Below are positions 13,167 through 22,114 of a DNA stretch of 64,000 nt, piece after piece. This stretch comes from Clostridia bacterium (GTDB lineage Bacteria > Bacillota > Clostridia > Monoglobales > Firm-18): contig JAZQIO010000028.1 in assembly GCA_045541135.1 (NCBI GenBank), positions 104,854-168,853 of the forward strand, in the 5' to 3' direction. The notes beneath the pieces were generated by a model. It was not told the origin of the DNA. It saw only the letters and a program-made list of their open reading frames with translations, and made no database searches. Made by a program: the position numbers and the translations under genes. The number at the start of each line of letters is the position of its first letter. The first letter of the stretch is position 1.

Positions 13167-16100
13167 TTAAAATAGCTTTATTAACTCACATATAACCTTT
13201 GCAGCCTCTGCTCTTGTAAGATTGTCAAGAGGTCTGTATTCATTATTATAACCCTCAATAAGACCTATGGACTTCATATATCCAACAGCATCTGTTGCAT
13301 AATCAGAAACCTTACTGTTGTCTGCAAACGCATTAACTTCGTTTTCTTCAATCGTTATTCCCATTTTTTCTATTGTGCGGCTTATCATAACTGCCATATC
13401 CTGACGTGTTATATTTGAACCTATACCAAACTCAGTATCGGAAATACCATTTACAATACCAAGGTTTTTAGCCTTCAATACATATTCCTTATACCATGCA
13501 TCTTCAACGTCACTGAATGTATTTTCTGCTGTTTCAGCATCCGTTCCCGTTGCTTCTATTATCATCTTAAGGAACTGTTCACGGGTAACATTATCGTTTG
13601 GTGCAAATTTACCATTTCCAACACCTGATATAATGTTCTTGCCTGCAAGCTCTGTTACATATTCAAAATACCAGTCAAATTCCTTAACATCGTCAAAATT
13701 TGGTGTTACCATCGGCTTTTCAGGTTTTTCAGGTGGGGTTACAGGCTGGGGTTCTTCTTCCTTTACAGGAGGCTTAATAACTGCACCTCCTCCACCACCG
13801 CCCGAGCTTCCTCCGCCGTGGGTTGGCTTTTGTGTAGATGTATTTCCTGATATTTCTTCATCCTCGGTTGTGCCCTCTACTATGGGTTCATCGCCGAAGT
13901 AAGCATATTTACCTGATTTTTTTGTATCAAGTAATTCACCGTTAAGCTTTATTGAAGACACATTTTCTGCAAAAACGGTTACATTCTTTACGCTTTCGCT
14001 ATCAAGAGTTGAGGAATAAATATTCATTCCCTGTCCTTTTTTCTCATAAGATATTGCTTCTGTTTCACCGTTGCTCTTAAACAGTACGGGCTCACCTTTA
14101 GTAGTGTCCTCAAGGAAGGTAGCATCCGAAAGGAATGTGGAAAGAATCTTTCCGTCCTCATCTGTTTCTATAAGCAAGGTTGATGCATCTGTTTTAAAGT
14201 GAGCAACATTTACAGTTTGTTTTAAATCTTCATTGTTAAGATGATAGAAATAGTAATATCCTGTTTTTCCCGTAAGTGTACTTTTCACCTTTGCGGCAAA
14301 TGCATTTGCACCCTCTATGCCCGTGTCTATAAGTTCGGATTCCACTTCAAAATCCTCGTTTATATCCCTCGGCAAAACAAGTGTATTATAATTTACAACG
14401 CCATTTTGTACCCTTTGTAAAACAGCCTTTTTATTATCCGAGAATGAACCTGCAATAGGTGCAAACTTTGTATCTTCAAGATAAGATGTCATACCATCTA
14501 TGCCCACAGGAGCAACAAGCACGTTTACATCCCCGAAGTCACTGCGTACTTCAAAGTCATCTTCATCTATTTTTATGCCTGCTTCAGGAAGCATCTGCCA
14601 GTTTTGTTCATACGAATGAACAGTTTCCTTATCTTCGGGATTCAAATAATCCGCAATAATCCAGAAGCCCTGGTTTTTTAGGAACAATACACTTCTGTGC
14701 TGGTCATAGCCTGTATAGTAATTTCCACTGTATTCTATGAAATCATAGTATTTATTACTTTCAAATTTTTCTGTTACTGCATTTGATATATCATCATAGT
14801 TCCTGCCGTCTACGGTTACAAGGTTGTGCATAGGCGCACTGCTCATAACAGTATGGCTGTCGTCAGTAAGTGTTGAACCGTACGCCGGGTCTATAAGAAG
14901 ATACTTGCTTTTATAGAACATGGAAACGGAAAGCATATCCTTATGTCCGTGTGAACCGCTTCCTGTTGCAATAAACGCCATCCATCTTGCATCTTTATCC
15001 CACGATTCACGCATAAATGTACGTGCTGTTACAGGATAGTTTGTTGTTGGATTTTCAGGCATCTTCCCTGAAACACCATTTGTGGCAACATATTCGAACA
15101 TAGGGTTATCACGGAACATATTGTTATACCAATATGTTATTCTTGCATGAGCCGTAGCCGTATAGTCATTTGAGTCACCTATATTAGTACCTCTGAACCC
15201 CGGAGCTGAGCAATAAATATAGCCTTCTAATAGTGTGTATATACTGTCGTACACATCCTGGTTATAGGGTACATCAATTCCCGTATACTGTGCAATTCTC
15301 AAAGGTTCTTCAAGAGAATTGATAATTGTATTAAGATAACCCTGTGCAAGCTCTATGGGAAGACCGTCTTCCTGAATAAAAACTTTACAAAGTCTTTCGT
15401 TTTCCCTGCTTGTTATTTCATACCATTCGTCAAACACTTCAAGTTCCGGAAAACGTGCAAGTAGTGAGTACACACCCTGTGTAGCGTAAGTTCCCCAGTT
15501 ATTGGTAGCTGTACCGTAGTATATGTTTACAAGGTAATCTGTCATAAGCCACCATGTTTTTAACATAGCGGTCAGATATTCACCGGTCATATATTCGCTG
15601 TCAATTACCCAGAAAAGAGATTTTGTTGCATTGGCAATATGCCTTGAAGTATCAAGAGCGTTATACACGCTGTTGTTAAAACCTACGTTGTATACAAGTC
15701 CCATTTGCTGTCTTATAAAAGTATAGGCATATCTTGGTTCATGAGTATAGCTGTACATGCTGGCAACATATGAAAGCTCGTCACCTCTGTGATAAAAGCA
15801 GGCTTTACCCTTAACAGCACCGTAATTTGATGTTATATAGTCCCATGTATCGTTGTCATTTTCAGACCACAGCATACAGTCGGAATAGTCATTGAACTTT
15901 ATTGACGTTTCATCAAATGACATATCGAAAAGGCAATATACACCAAGCTCCTTTTCACCTGTGCCCGATGCATTACGTCCTGTCAGTATAAGTGTAGCAC
16001 CTGAAACAATGTCAGTTGATTTAAGATTCGAAATATCAAAGGCAACATAAGCACGCTTTGTATTTTCGTTAAAATTCTGATATGTGCCGCTTTCACGGAC

Positions 16101-16829
16101 ATACATAATTTCGTCACTACCGAAATTGTTTTCGCCATATATACCGCCCTGCACCATAGCGTCCTTGGTAGCTGTATACACAACAGGCATACCATTCACT
16201 ATAAGTTCAAGACGCGGTGCGTATTGAGATTCTCTTGCGTAAATTTCCGCCTCTGTATTAAACTTATCAATAGAGTTAATTACAAAACCTCGTGTCTGTT
16301 CAATACCCACAACTGTTTTCTGGCTGAATGCCGCAAGAACGTCAATTCGGTGTTCCTTAAATTCATTATCAACGTTGAAAAAGTTTATTATGCTACCGTT
16401 CATGGCATTTACATAATACATATTTTTTTCAAGTGCAAGGCTTGACATACGTTTCACTTTACCGGGATGTGTAGCCTGCGCCTCGGAACGGTCAGGTGCA
16501 ACGGACTGATAGTAAATTAAAAGTTCATCCTTCGCACGTGCATAATCGCCTTCCATTACAGCTTCCTTTACAGGAAGCATATCAGGAAATTCATCATAAC
16601 GGAAATATGGCTTTGAGGTCCATTTTTCCAATTCCTTATCCCATACACCGAAAAATTCTTCATCGGAAATCTGCATAGGGTCGGAATCTATTACATAGTC
16701 ATCCCAATTATCCGGCTGGTCATATGTAACAAGTTCGCTCAAATCTGCCTCCTGTGAAGCGGAGGCAGATATAGGTGTAATTGTAAGTAACAAACATATA
16801 AGAAGAGCAAATGTAATTAGTCTTTTCAT
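13167..16829 (-). CDS. Secreted SLH-anchored heparinase II/III-like polysaccharide lyase (PL12-like) with an inserted DNRLRE/CBM96-like domain
   Basis: Signal peptide; NNW, ELAQGY, IGDS, FMRESW, HGHKD.LS, LIDPAY and HNLVTVDG heparinase II/III motifs; Gly/Pro linker; three C-terminal SLH repeats (TREQF, TRQDMA, TRAEAA). Confidence 0.8.
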   Translation of the reverse strand: MKRLITFALLICLLLTITPISASASQEADLSELVTYDQPDNWDDYVIDSDPMQISDEEFFGVWDKELEKWTSKPYFRYDEFPDMLPVKEAVMEGDYARAKDELLIYYQSVAPDRSEAQATHPGKVKRMSSLALEKNMYYVNAMNGSIINFFNVDNEFKEHRIDVLAAFSQKTVVGIEQTRGFVINSIDKFNTEAEIYARESQYAPRLELIVNGMPVVYTATKDAMVQGGIYGENNFGSDEIMYVRESGTYQNFNENTKRAYVAFDISNLKSTDIVSGATLILTGRNASGTGEKELGVYCLFDMSFDETSIKFNDYSDCMLWSENDNDTWDYITSNYGAVKGKACFYHRGDELSYVASMYSYTHEPRYAYTFIRQQMGLVYNVGFNNSVYNALDTSRHIANATKSLFWVIDSEYMTGEYLTAMLKTWWLMTDYLVNIYYGTATNNWGTYATQGVYSLLARFPELEVFDEWYEITSRENERLCKVFIQEDGLPIELAQGYLNTIINSLEEPLRIAQYTGIDVPYNQDVYDSIYTLLEGYIYCSAPGFRGTNIGDSNDYTATAHARITYWYNNMFRDNPMFEYVATNGVSGKMPENPTTNYPVTARTFMRESWDKDARWMAFIATGSGSHGHKDMLSVSMFYKSKYLLIDPAYGSTLTDDSHTVMSSAPMHNLVTVDGRNYDDISNAVTEKFESNKYYDFIEYSGNYYTGYDQHRSVLFLKNQGFWIIADYLNPEDKETVHSYEQNWQMLPEAGIKIDEDDFEVRSDFGDVNVLVAPVGIDGMTSYLEDTKFAPIAGSFSDNKKAVLQRVQNGVVNYNTLVLPRDINEDFEVESELIDTGIEGANAFAAKVKSTLTGKTGYYYFYHLNNEDLKQTVNVAHFKTDASTLLIETDEDGKILSTFLSDATFLEDTTKGEPVLFKSNGETEAISYEKKGQGMNIYSSTLDSESVKNVTVFAENVSSIKLNGELLDTKKSGKYAYFGDEPIVEGTTEDEEISGNTSTQKPTHGGGSSGGGGGGAVIKPPVKEEEPQPVTPPEKPEKPMVTPNFDDVKEFDWYFEYVTELAGKNIISGVGNGKFAPNDNVTREQFLKMIIEATGTDAETAENTFSDVEDAWYKEYVLKAKNLGIVNGISDTEFGIGSNITRQDMAVMISRTIEKMGITIEENEVNAFADNSKVSDYATDAVGYMKSIGLIEGYNNEYRPLDNLTRAEAAKVICELIKLF

Positions 16830-16844
16830 TTTAAACTCCTCCCC

Positions 16845-19800
16845 TTATTTCAACAAGTCCAAAAGCTTTATAATAACTGTTGCAGCCTCGGCACGTGTAA
16901 GTGAATTTTTTGGATTAAACATACCCTCATAACCCTCGATAATACCTGCTGAACGTACTGTGTAAACTGCATCTTTAGCATAGTCGGAAATTGCTGTATC
17001 GTCTTTAAATTCGCTGTCGGATACACTTGTTTTTACATTCTTCATATTAAGAACACGAAGAATCATAACAGCCATATCCTGACGTGAAATTTCAGAACCT
17101 ACGCCGAATGTTTCCGAAGTGATACCGTTTATAATACCTGCATCTGTACCTGCTGATACATAAGATGCATACCATGCATTTCCGTCAACATCAGCAAATG
17201 ATGTTTTTGAATATACAGGTGTTATACCCAAAGCTTCCACAAGCATTTTAAGGAACTGTTCACGAGTTACATTTGATGATGGATTGAAGTTACCCTTTTC
17301 ATCACCGTTTACTATACCAAGTTCTTTAAGCTTTTTAACATTTTCGTATGCCCAATGGTTTTCATCCATATCGGCAAAGACTTTTTCTTCAGGAGTCACG
17401 GTTACTTCTTCATCTTCTTTCGGAACATCCGTTACTGCGAAGCCGGGAACTGTTGAAGTACCTGTACCACCTACGCCACCTGCAGCACCGCCGCCACCGC
17501 CTGCACTGCCGCCTGCAGCTTTTTTACCACTTACATAAAGAGCAAAATCTCTTGTGTATTCCACACCATCACATACTGCTTTTACGGTAAGTTTTACTGT
17601 TGTACCCTTTTCAGGTCTTGTAACTTTACCATCTGCAGATATGATTTCTGCATTATTTGTTGACCATACCAATGATGTACCGAATGCACCGACCTTAGGA
17701 AGCTCAAGATCGGAAGTAACAGTACTTTCAACGCCAAGATCTATAAGGTCAAGTTCAAGTTGTACCAAATCCCCGCTTGTACCGAAAAGGTATGCTTCTA
17801 TTTCATTAAAGTATACATCTTTTGTATATGCATCTGTTATTTCAAGTTTGAAATAACGTGCTTCAACATTTCCGAAAGCAATTAAATAATCCTGTGGCTT
17901 TGTAACTGTTCCTGTTTTGACAACATTCCAGTTTTCACCGTCTTTTGAATAGCTAAGAACGTATGACTTCAAGCCTTCTCCTGCATTTGAAACATCTTCA
18001 CTCAGGTAAATGCTGTTTACATATTTTACACTGCCCATATCAAATGTAACAACAGGCTTTTTGGCAACATTTGAAACACCGTATACAGTGTTTACATCGT
18101 TGTCTGTTGCATACACTATGGGGAATCCCGGCTTATCCATTGTAGTAGTCTTTGCATCACTTCCTGCAAGGATATTTTTAGTCTTATCACAAGCTACTGC
18201 GAAAGTCACGGGAACTGAAAGTTTTACATCTTCATTTCCATTTACAGAAAGTGTAAGTGTCATTGTTACAAATTTATATGTATCAGGTACTGTAACTGTA
18301 CCGTTGTCTGCCATAAGCGAAGCATCAGAAGATACCCAGCTTACATTACATGGAATTACAGTTTCATTTACCAAAGCTTTGCTTTCTTTTACAACACCCT
18401 TTTCAAAAGGTGCGAAATAGTCAACATTCGAAAGATTAATTCCAAGCATGCCGTAAAGGTCTGTTTTTACCAAAGTGTTGTTAATGGTAATATCGTCACC
18501 TTCCACGTCAAATCCTGCAAAGTCGCATATTTCGGATACTGTATCAACATAATCGGCAATTCTTACATCACCATCCCATACAGCAACCTTTGAAACTTCA
18601 GGTAAAATAACTACCTTAAGCTCTTTTGATGTATTTGCAGCCATAGGATATTTTTCGGTTGTGCCGTTACCGTAAATTACATAATATTCGTTGTTATTCA
18701 CAACAATTTTCACTGCCGCTTTGCCATTTGAATCTTTAAGGATAACTGTGTTATTTACTGCACCGTTTTGCGAGAAATTAACTGTTGCAGTCACGTTATC
18801 CGTAACCTTTATGTTTTCTGTTCCGTTTACTGTAAGAGATGAAGGAAGTTCCATGCCTGAGTATACAGTATATTCATCTGCGAATGGCAAAACTGTATAT
18901 TTATATTCTTTCGGAACTGTTGTACCGTTTATGGATATATTCGCAGTCAAAGTGACCTTTAAGGGTTCTGTAACTGTTGCAGATGTATTTAAAACACCGT
19001 TTTGTCTGATTACATCAGGATGTGATGATGTCCATGTAATATCAAGTCCGTTATGTTTTGACGGAAGATTGATATCGTACTGAATAGCATCGGCAGGCTG
19101 TGATGTTATAGTCTGCGGAAGATCGGAAATATAGTATTCCAACTGTTCGTCAAGACTTCCTGCGGCAACTACATTCAAGTAAAAGTCCTTTTTGGCATAT
19201 ATGCCGTCTTTACTGATTACTGCAGATACTATAACAGTTTCATCTTCATTGCCGTGATAAACGTTTCCGCTTTCCACATCTACAAGATTGCTGTTACTGC
19301 TCCATTTGATTTCATATCCGTCTATACTTTCCTTAAGTTTCTTTAAGGACTGTGTATTTGTTGCACTGTCTGCTACATCATTAACAGATATTTTATCAAG
19401 TGCATTTTTAAGCACTGATTTTATTTCTATTTCATTTCCCACATATTCCGTAACAGTAATGTTATTTACCGAAACACCATCGCCTTCATCGCATTCTTCG
19501 GAAACAACAACATCCATAAGACTTACAAAATAGGATACAGGGTTTTTAAAGAACTGAACGGAAGGTGTTTTAAGTTCACCGTTTACAAAAACCCAAGCCT
19601 TACAGTTTTCAGTATCTGCGCGAAGAGTGATATCATAAGTTTTGCCCTTTGTATCTTCTTTTACCAAGGCTAACTTTTCGCCGTTTTCACAGATAAGGCT
19701 AATTTTATTATTTGCCACTTCAAGTCCGAAGGCTGAAACATCGTCGTTGTCTATATTTACGTAAACAGGCTTATCACCCGAAACATTCGGTGTAAGGCTG

Positions 19801-22100
19801 AAGCTTACATCATAAATACCGGAATAACCTGTCATAGATAAGGCTGAATTTGTATCAGCACTGTAAGGGACTACATCGCCGAAAAGCGGATATTTAACAC
19901 TGTATTCACCTGCATTACCTACGGTTTTCACAACATTAAGACCGTTTTCGTCTACTTTATATTCACAAGCCACCTTGTCACCTGAAACAATAAGGTTTGA
20001 AATTTCTTCCCCACTTACGGATGAAACTTCCCTTGAAGCCACGTTATCCATAGCCTTTATGTTAAGGATATAATCTTTATGCATTACAGTATGTCCCGTA
20101 CCGTATGTAGCAGTCAAAGTAACTTTTCTGTCGCTGTACCATCTGTTTATGTTACCGAATTCGTCACAGATTTCGCTGTCTGATGTTGTCCATTTTACGT
20201 CTGCGATTTCAGGTAAAACAATATTTTCCGTAACAGCATTTGGGTCTGCTGCCAAAGATGCAGGTAGGCTGTCGATTTTCGCAACTACATTGTTGTAGTC
20301 ATCATTTGCCTCCAAAAGTGAGATTTCAACCTTTTTAATGTTAAGGTAAGAACCAACCTTCATTCTGTCCATACCTGTAAGCCACAAAGCATTGAAATAT
20401 GATGAAAGCTGTGCTTCACCCTTAGACTGTGTACCGTCAATATCCGTTACAGCTTCTTTGGTGTATGTGTCTAAAACAGTAGATATTTTATGATCAACTT
20501 CTTTTTCATAATATATTGTATTGGGGCTCATGCTGTTGTCTGCCGCCTTTGTGGTATTAAGAACAGTGGCACTTGCAGTCCTTAGTCTGAAATATATATG
20601 AGCAAATGTTGTGTAGGTTTCACTTCCCAACGAGGGAGAATATCCATACATCATTTCGTAAAACGGTGTGCTTACGGTTACTCCATCCACAGGTGCGGAA
20701 TAGCTGTCACACTTTACCGCCATGTCAATATCTACACGAAGTTTACCGCCGAATTTACTTATACGGCGTTGTGTGTTGTTTTCCTTATCCTCATCTACAA
20801 CACCCTGGAAACCAAGGTACATTGAAGGTGATTTATTTGTGTTTGATGAACCGTTCACAACAGGCAGGCTGTTTGTCTGTATAATTTCAAGTCCCTTACC
20901 CTTTGTAACTTTAACATCTGCATAGGTTCCCATAGTTGTGGAAATATCCTGTATTTCTGTTATATCATTAAGCTTTGTATAATCTATAACAACATTATAA
21001 AGTGAAGCATCAGGTACCTCCGGCTCTTCCGGTTCTTCAGGAACATCGGGAATGACAGGTGTTTCTGCCTTTGGAATGGTCATTGTGTATTCCTTTGTGT
21101 ATACGCCTCCACCGTTTCCAAGGTCAACAGTTGCAGTCATTTTAACTTCCTTATCTTCAGTTCCTCTTGTTACAGCACCGCTGTTTGAAATAACTGATGT
21201 ATCGGAAGATTTCCATGTAATACCTGTTGTTTCAGGAAGTGTAAGGTCTTCTGTTACATTATCAACATTCTCAGCAAGTTTTGCAGGAAGACCGTCTAAA
21301 ACTGCGTGTGTCGCATTTCCCTCATCAGATTCAAGTTCTTTTACTGTCACTTTTTTAACTTTGACAAAAGAACCAACGTCAAAGCGTTCCATATTCTGAA
21401 TTACAAAGCCGTTTACAGCATCAAGAGGATACATTGTACTTCCTTCACTGATGTTGGCAGTATCACCGTTAATTACGACTTTAACCTTATCGTTTATTGT
21501 ATCGACTGTAAATTTAACAGTATTGTTACCGTCTGCTGACTTACTGTGTGTAGCAACACTCATAGAGTTTGCCGCTGCGCTTTTAGCATTGAAAATCGCT
21601 ATATTACCCTTTGCAAGGCGTACCATTACACCTGTGTTTTTAAGCTTATCGGTAAATGATGTGCCATCACCAAGATCACCTACGGTAATGTTATAATATG
21701 CCGCAAGGGACGTGAGAGGATTATATTCAACATCAAGTGTGATGTCATAAATACCCTGAAGTTTTACTGCCTTTGTTACAGTTTTATTTTCTGCATCAAC
21801 TTTTTCGTAGTTAAACTTTGCATAAACCTCAGGTGCCTGCACACCGTTTCTTGTTGTACCATCCGCCTGATAGGGTATACTGCCGGTTTGGATTATGTTA
21901 TAGCTTCCGTCAGAAAGTCCCGGTGTTGAAGTAGTGGAAGTTTTATTCACTCCCCACTCCAAAACGAAATCGCTTTCCGAAGTATAGTTACTGAAATCTT
22001 CCGTGATTTCCACCTTATCTGCACTTACGCCAAGTACAGGGAGGTTAATCATGGAAAGACAAATTAAAACTGAAAGAATTCTTATTAATATTTTTTTCAT
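16845..22100 (-). CDS. Large secreted SLH protein with repeated Ig-like (aBig-type) domains, repeated lectin-like modules and an F5/8-type C (discoidin) domain; no catalytic domain recognised
   Basis: Signal peptide; about 6 LxLP..G..IxWxSS...I...GxV repeats; F5/8 motifs (SYSKDGENW, ARYFKLEI, EIEAY); three SLH repeats at the C-terminus. Confidence 0.8.
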   Translation of the reverse strand: MKKILIRILSVLICLSMINLPVLGVSADKVEITEDFSNYTSESDFVLEWGVNKTSTTSTPGLSDGSYNIIQTGSIPYQADGTTRNGVQAPEVYAKFNYEKVDAENKTVTKAVKLQGIYDITLDVEYNPLTSLAAYYNITVGDLGDGTSFTDKLKNTGVMVRLAKGNIAIFNAKSAAANSMSVATHSKSADGNNTVKFTVDTINDKVKVVINGDTANISEGSTMYPLDAVNGFVIQNMERFDVGSFVKVKKVTVKELESDEGNATHAVLDGLPAKLAENVDNVTEDLTLPETTGITWKSSDTSVISNSGAVTRGTEDKEVKMTATVDLGNGGGVYTKEYTMTIPKAETPVIPDVPEEPEEPEVPDASLYNVVIDYTKLNDITEIQDISTTMGTYADVKVTKGKGLEIIQTNSLPVVNGSSNTNKSPSMYLGFQGVVDEDKENNTQRRISKFGGKLRVDIDMAVKCDSYSAPVDGVTVSTPFYEMMYGYSPSLGSETYTTFAHIYFRLRTASATVLNTTKAADNSMSPNTIYYEKEVDHKISTVLDTYTKEAVTDIDGTQSKGEAQLSSYFNALWLTGMDRMKVGSYLNIKKVEISLLEANDDYNNVVAKIDSLPASLAADPNAVTENIVLPEIADVKWTTSDSEICDEFGNINRWYSDRKVTLTATYGTGHTVMHKDYILNIKAMDNVASREVSSVSGEEISNLIVSGDKVACEYKVDENGLNVVKTVGNAGEYSVKYPLFGDVVPYSADTNSALSMTGYSGIYDVSFSLTPNVSGDKPVYVNIDNDDVSAFGLEVANNKISLICENGEKLALVKEDTKGKTYDITLRADTENCKAWVFVNGELKTPSVQFFKNPVSYFVSLMDVVVSEECDEGDGVSVNNITVTEYVGNEIEIKSVLKNALDKISVNDVADSATNTQSLKKLKESIDGYEIKWSSNSNLVDVESGNVYHGNEDETVIVSAVISKDGIYAKKDFYLNVVAAGSLDEQLEYYISDLPQTITSQPADAIQYDINLPSKHNGLDITWTSSHPDVIRQNGVLNTSATVTEPLKVTLTANISINGTTVPKEYKYTVLPFADEYTVYSGMELPSSLTVNGTENIKVTDNVTATVNFSQNGAVNNTVILKDSNGKAAVKIVVNNNEYYVIYGNGTTEKYPMAANTSKELKVVILPEVSKVAVWDGDVRIADYVDTVSEICDFAGFDVEGDDITINNTLVKTDLYGMLGINLSNVDYFAPFEKGVVKESKALVNETVIPCNVSWVSSDASLMADNGTVTVPDTYKFVTMTLTLSVNGNEDVKLSVPVTFAVACDKTKNILAGSDAKTTTMDKPGFPIVYATDNDVNTVYGVSNVAKKPVVTFDMGSVKYVNSIYLSEDVSNAGEGLKSYVLSYSKDGENWNVVKTGTVTKPQDYLIAFGNVEARYFKLEITDAYTKDVYFNEIEAYLFGTSGDLVQLELDLIDLGVESTVTSDLELPKVGAFGTSLVWSTNNAEIISADGKVTRPEKGTTVKLTVKAVCDGVEYTRDFALYVSGKKAAGGSAGGGGGAAGGVGGTGTSTVPGFAVTDVPKEDEEVTVTPEEKVFADMDENHWAYENVKKLKELGIVNGDEKGNFNPSSNVTREQFLKMLVEALGITPVYSKTSFADVDGNAWYASYVSAGTDAGIINGITSETFGVGSEISRQDMAVMILRVLNMKNVKTSVSDSEFKDDTAISDYAKDAVYTVRSAGIIEGYEGMFNPKNSLTRAEAATVIIKLLDLLK

Positions 22101-22114
22101 TTTTCATAACCTCC

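Noticed and set aside
17455-17520. GC-rich repetitive tract (also near 13785-13820)
   Set aside because: Encodes ordinary Gly-rich linkers before the SLH domains.
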